A stretch of 63,919 nucleotides of DNA, filler included, from Chiloscyllium plagiosum (Eukaryota), in NCBI RefSeq assembly GCF_004010195.1. It is 5 parts of one record of this genome, joined end to end, with 100 filler letters (N's around TTAATTAATTAA, not from the genome) between each part and the next. Parts side by side here need not be neighbours in the genome. Positions count along the whole stretch, not along the records: positions 59,671 to 63,919 come from NC_057716.1; 4 more parts are not named here. One strand, written 5' to 3'. Below, piece after piece: positions 62,161-63,919 of the stretch. Every line of letters starts with the position of its first letter. Position 1 is the first letter of the stretch. Below the pieces are notes generated by a model. It saw nothing but the letters and a program-made list of their open reading frames with translations, was not told the origin of the DNA and did not search any database. The translations under genes were made by a program, and so were the position numbers.

Positions 62161-63175
62161 GTCCAACCCATCTCCTGTACTTCAGACCTTACTCCCCCCC
62201 CCACACACCTCTCTATTTGCCTACAATGGCAATAGGGTCTATTGTCCTCACTTACCATTCTACCAGCATCCACATACAGAGGATCATTAGCTGCCACTTG
62301 CATCACCTCCAGCATGATGCCACGAGCAGACACATATTCCCTTCTCCTCCCTTGTCAGCCTTCTGCAAGGTCTGTTCCTCTGGGACACCTTGGTCCACTC
62401 CTCCTTCATTCCCAACACCTCCTGACAGTCTCACTGCCATCTTCTGCTGCAACTGCAGAAGTGTAACACTTGCTTGTTTACTTTCTCCCTCTGCAATATT
62501 CAAGGGCTCAAATGCACCTTCCAGGTGAAGCAGCACTACCCCTGCACTTCACTCAATCTGGTCTACTGCATTCACTGTTCTCAATGTGGTCTCCTCTACA
62601 TTAGGGAACTGAAGCATAGACTGGATGACTGCTTTGCAGGACAATTACATTCTGTCTGCAAAAAAGACCCTGAGCTTCCAGTTGTCTGCTGCTTTAACCC
62701 ACCACTCTGTTCCCTGGCCAACATCTCCGTCTCAGGCTTGCTGCAATGTTAGAAGAACAGCACCTCATTTTCCACTTCGGGACCCTGCAGCCTTCTGGAC
62801 TCAATATCAAGTGCAACAATTTTAGGACTTGGGACCGTCTTCCACCAGGTCTTGTTATCACATGGTCTGCTATTATACACTACCCATCATTAGCCACTAA
62901 TTGTTACCATTAGTAGCTATTCATTCTCCCAGGCTAACTGTTATCCACTCCTTTGTCTGTCCAACTGTTCTTCTCTCTCTCTTTAGGCTATCTTTTACTC
63001 ATTACCCCCTCCCTCATTACTCCCACAACCTTATCCTCTGCATAAAAAGAACAACTTTTTTATAGCTATCATCAGTTCTGAGGAAAGGTCACAGGATCCA
63101 AAATGTTAAATCTGATTTCTCTCCACAGATGCAGCCAGACCTGCTGAGCTTTTCCAGCAATTACTGTTTTGTTTG
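62160..63175 (+). mobile_element. Penelope-like GIY-YIG region plus pLTR
   Basis: CTSLNLVYCIHCSQCGLLYIRELKHRLDDCFA; AGTTCTGAGGAAAGGTCACAGGATCCAAAATGTTAA hammerhead remnant at about 63074-63110. Confidence 0.85.
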
Positions 63176-63919
63176 TGTGGAAAGATTATTGGGGTTTTGC
63201 ATGAATGTAACGTTGAGGCTAGAATCAGATCAGCCATGATCCTATTGAATGGCAGAAAGCTTGAGAGCAAGCTTCTTTCGGACTGCAATGGGGAGGAATT
63301 TCTTTAGCCAGAAGGTGGTGAATGTGTGGAAATCTGTGGAGGCCACATCATTGAATGTATTTACAACAGAAATAGATAGTTGAAATACACCAGTGATCAA
63401 GAACATGATGATCATTTTATCACCTGTTGTTTGATATCCTTCTGTGCCTGCCATTATCTTTGTAAAGGAAGGCATCCACCCAGATGGTGTCATGTTCATC
63501 ATTTCTCTCTCACTATGTTTTGCCCATCAGCTGAGATGGTGCACAGAGCACAGCACTTGGAGCTAGCAGTAAAAGTTGGATGCAGGTGATAGCCAGTGAT
63601 TCAAGGTCAGGTGACCAAAGTTCAAAGTTACTTCCACGTGAATACGTTATACACAACCGCTCAGCAGGAGTGGTCAGAGATTCTGCACAGGACCTTTAAT
63701 CAGCACGCTGAGACTCGTGCCTTCCATAGAGTTCAGTATTAAGCATCACCTTTGTTAGAAATGACTTGTGTGGCAAGATAGAGAGCCCCATTTTCCGCTT
63801 ATTAATGACATAATGTTTACAACATTGTAAGCAGTGTAGTTGGAATCATTAAGTTACAAAAAAAATTGGTAGCTTAAGTGAGTGGCACAACTGTGGCAAA
63901 TGGGTTTCATAATAAGCAA

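Overview
This is eukaryotic, repeat-dominated genomic DNA with no recognisable host gene. HE1-type tRNA SINEs whose tails match co-resident CR1 LINEs point to a cartilaginous fish, probably a shark (inference from repeat content). Bases 1-47,000 and 59,700-63,919 are AT-rich unique sequence densely interrupted by nested, mostly dead elements: CR1 LINEs (RT, endonuclease and ORF1 esterase remnants), two tRNA-SINE families, RTE, L2 and Rex/Babar fragments, Gypsy-type LTR pieces, a Harbinger transposase fossil and many Penelope-like elements (PLEs) of at least two lineages. Two things stand out. (1) About 12 minimal hammerhead ribozyme motifs sit in PLE terminal repeats, including 84-128 bp ORF-less hammerhead-bearing mini-insertions with their own target-site duplications. 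(2) A CpG-rich complex satellite of at least 12.5 kb (47,062-59,570; 26-31 bp monomers) starts next to an LTR fragment, shows a monomer gradient at its edge, and carries a 1,024-bp higher-order duplication and recurring variant cassettes. The ORF track is essentially TE remnants and satellite read-through. Four N44-TTAATTAATTAA-N44 blocks are assembly gap markers. Boundaries of decayed elements are approximate.
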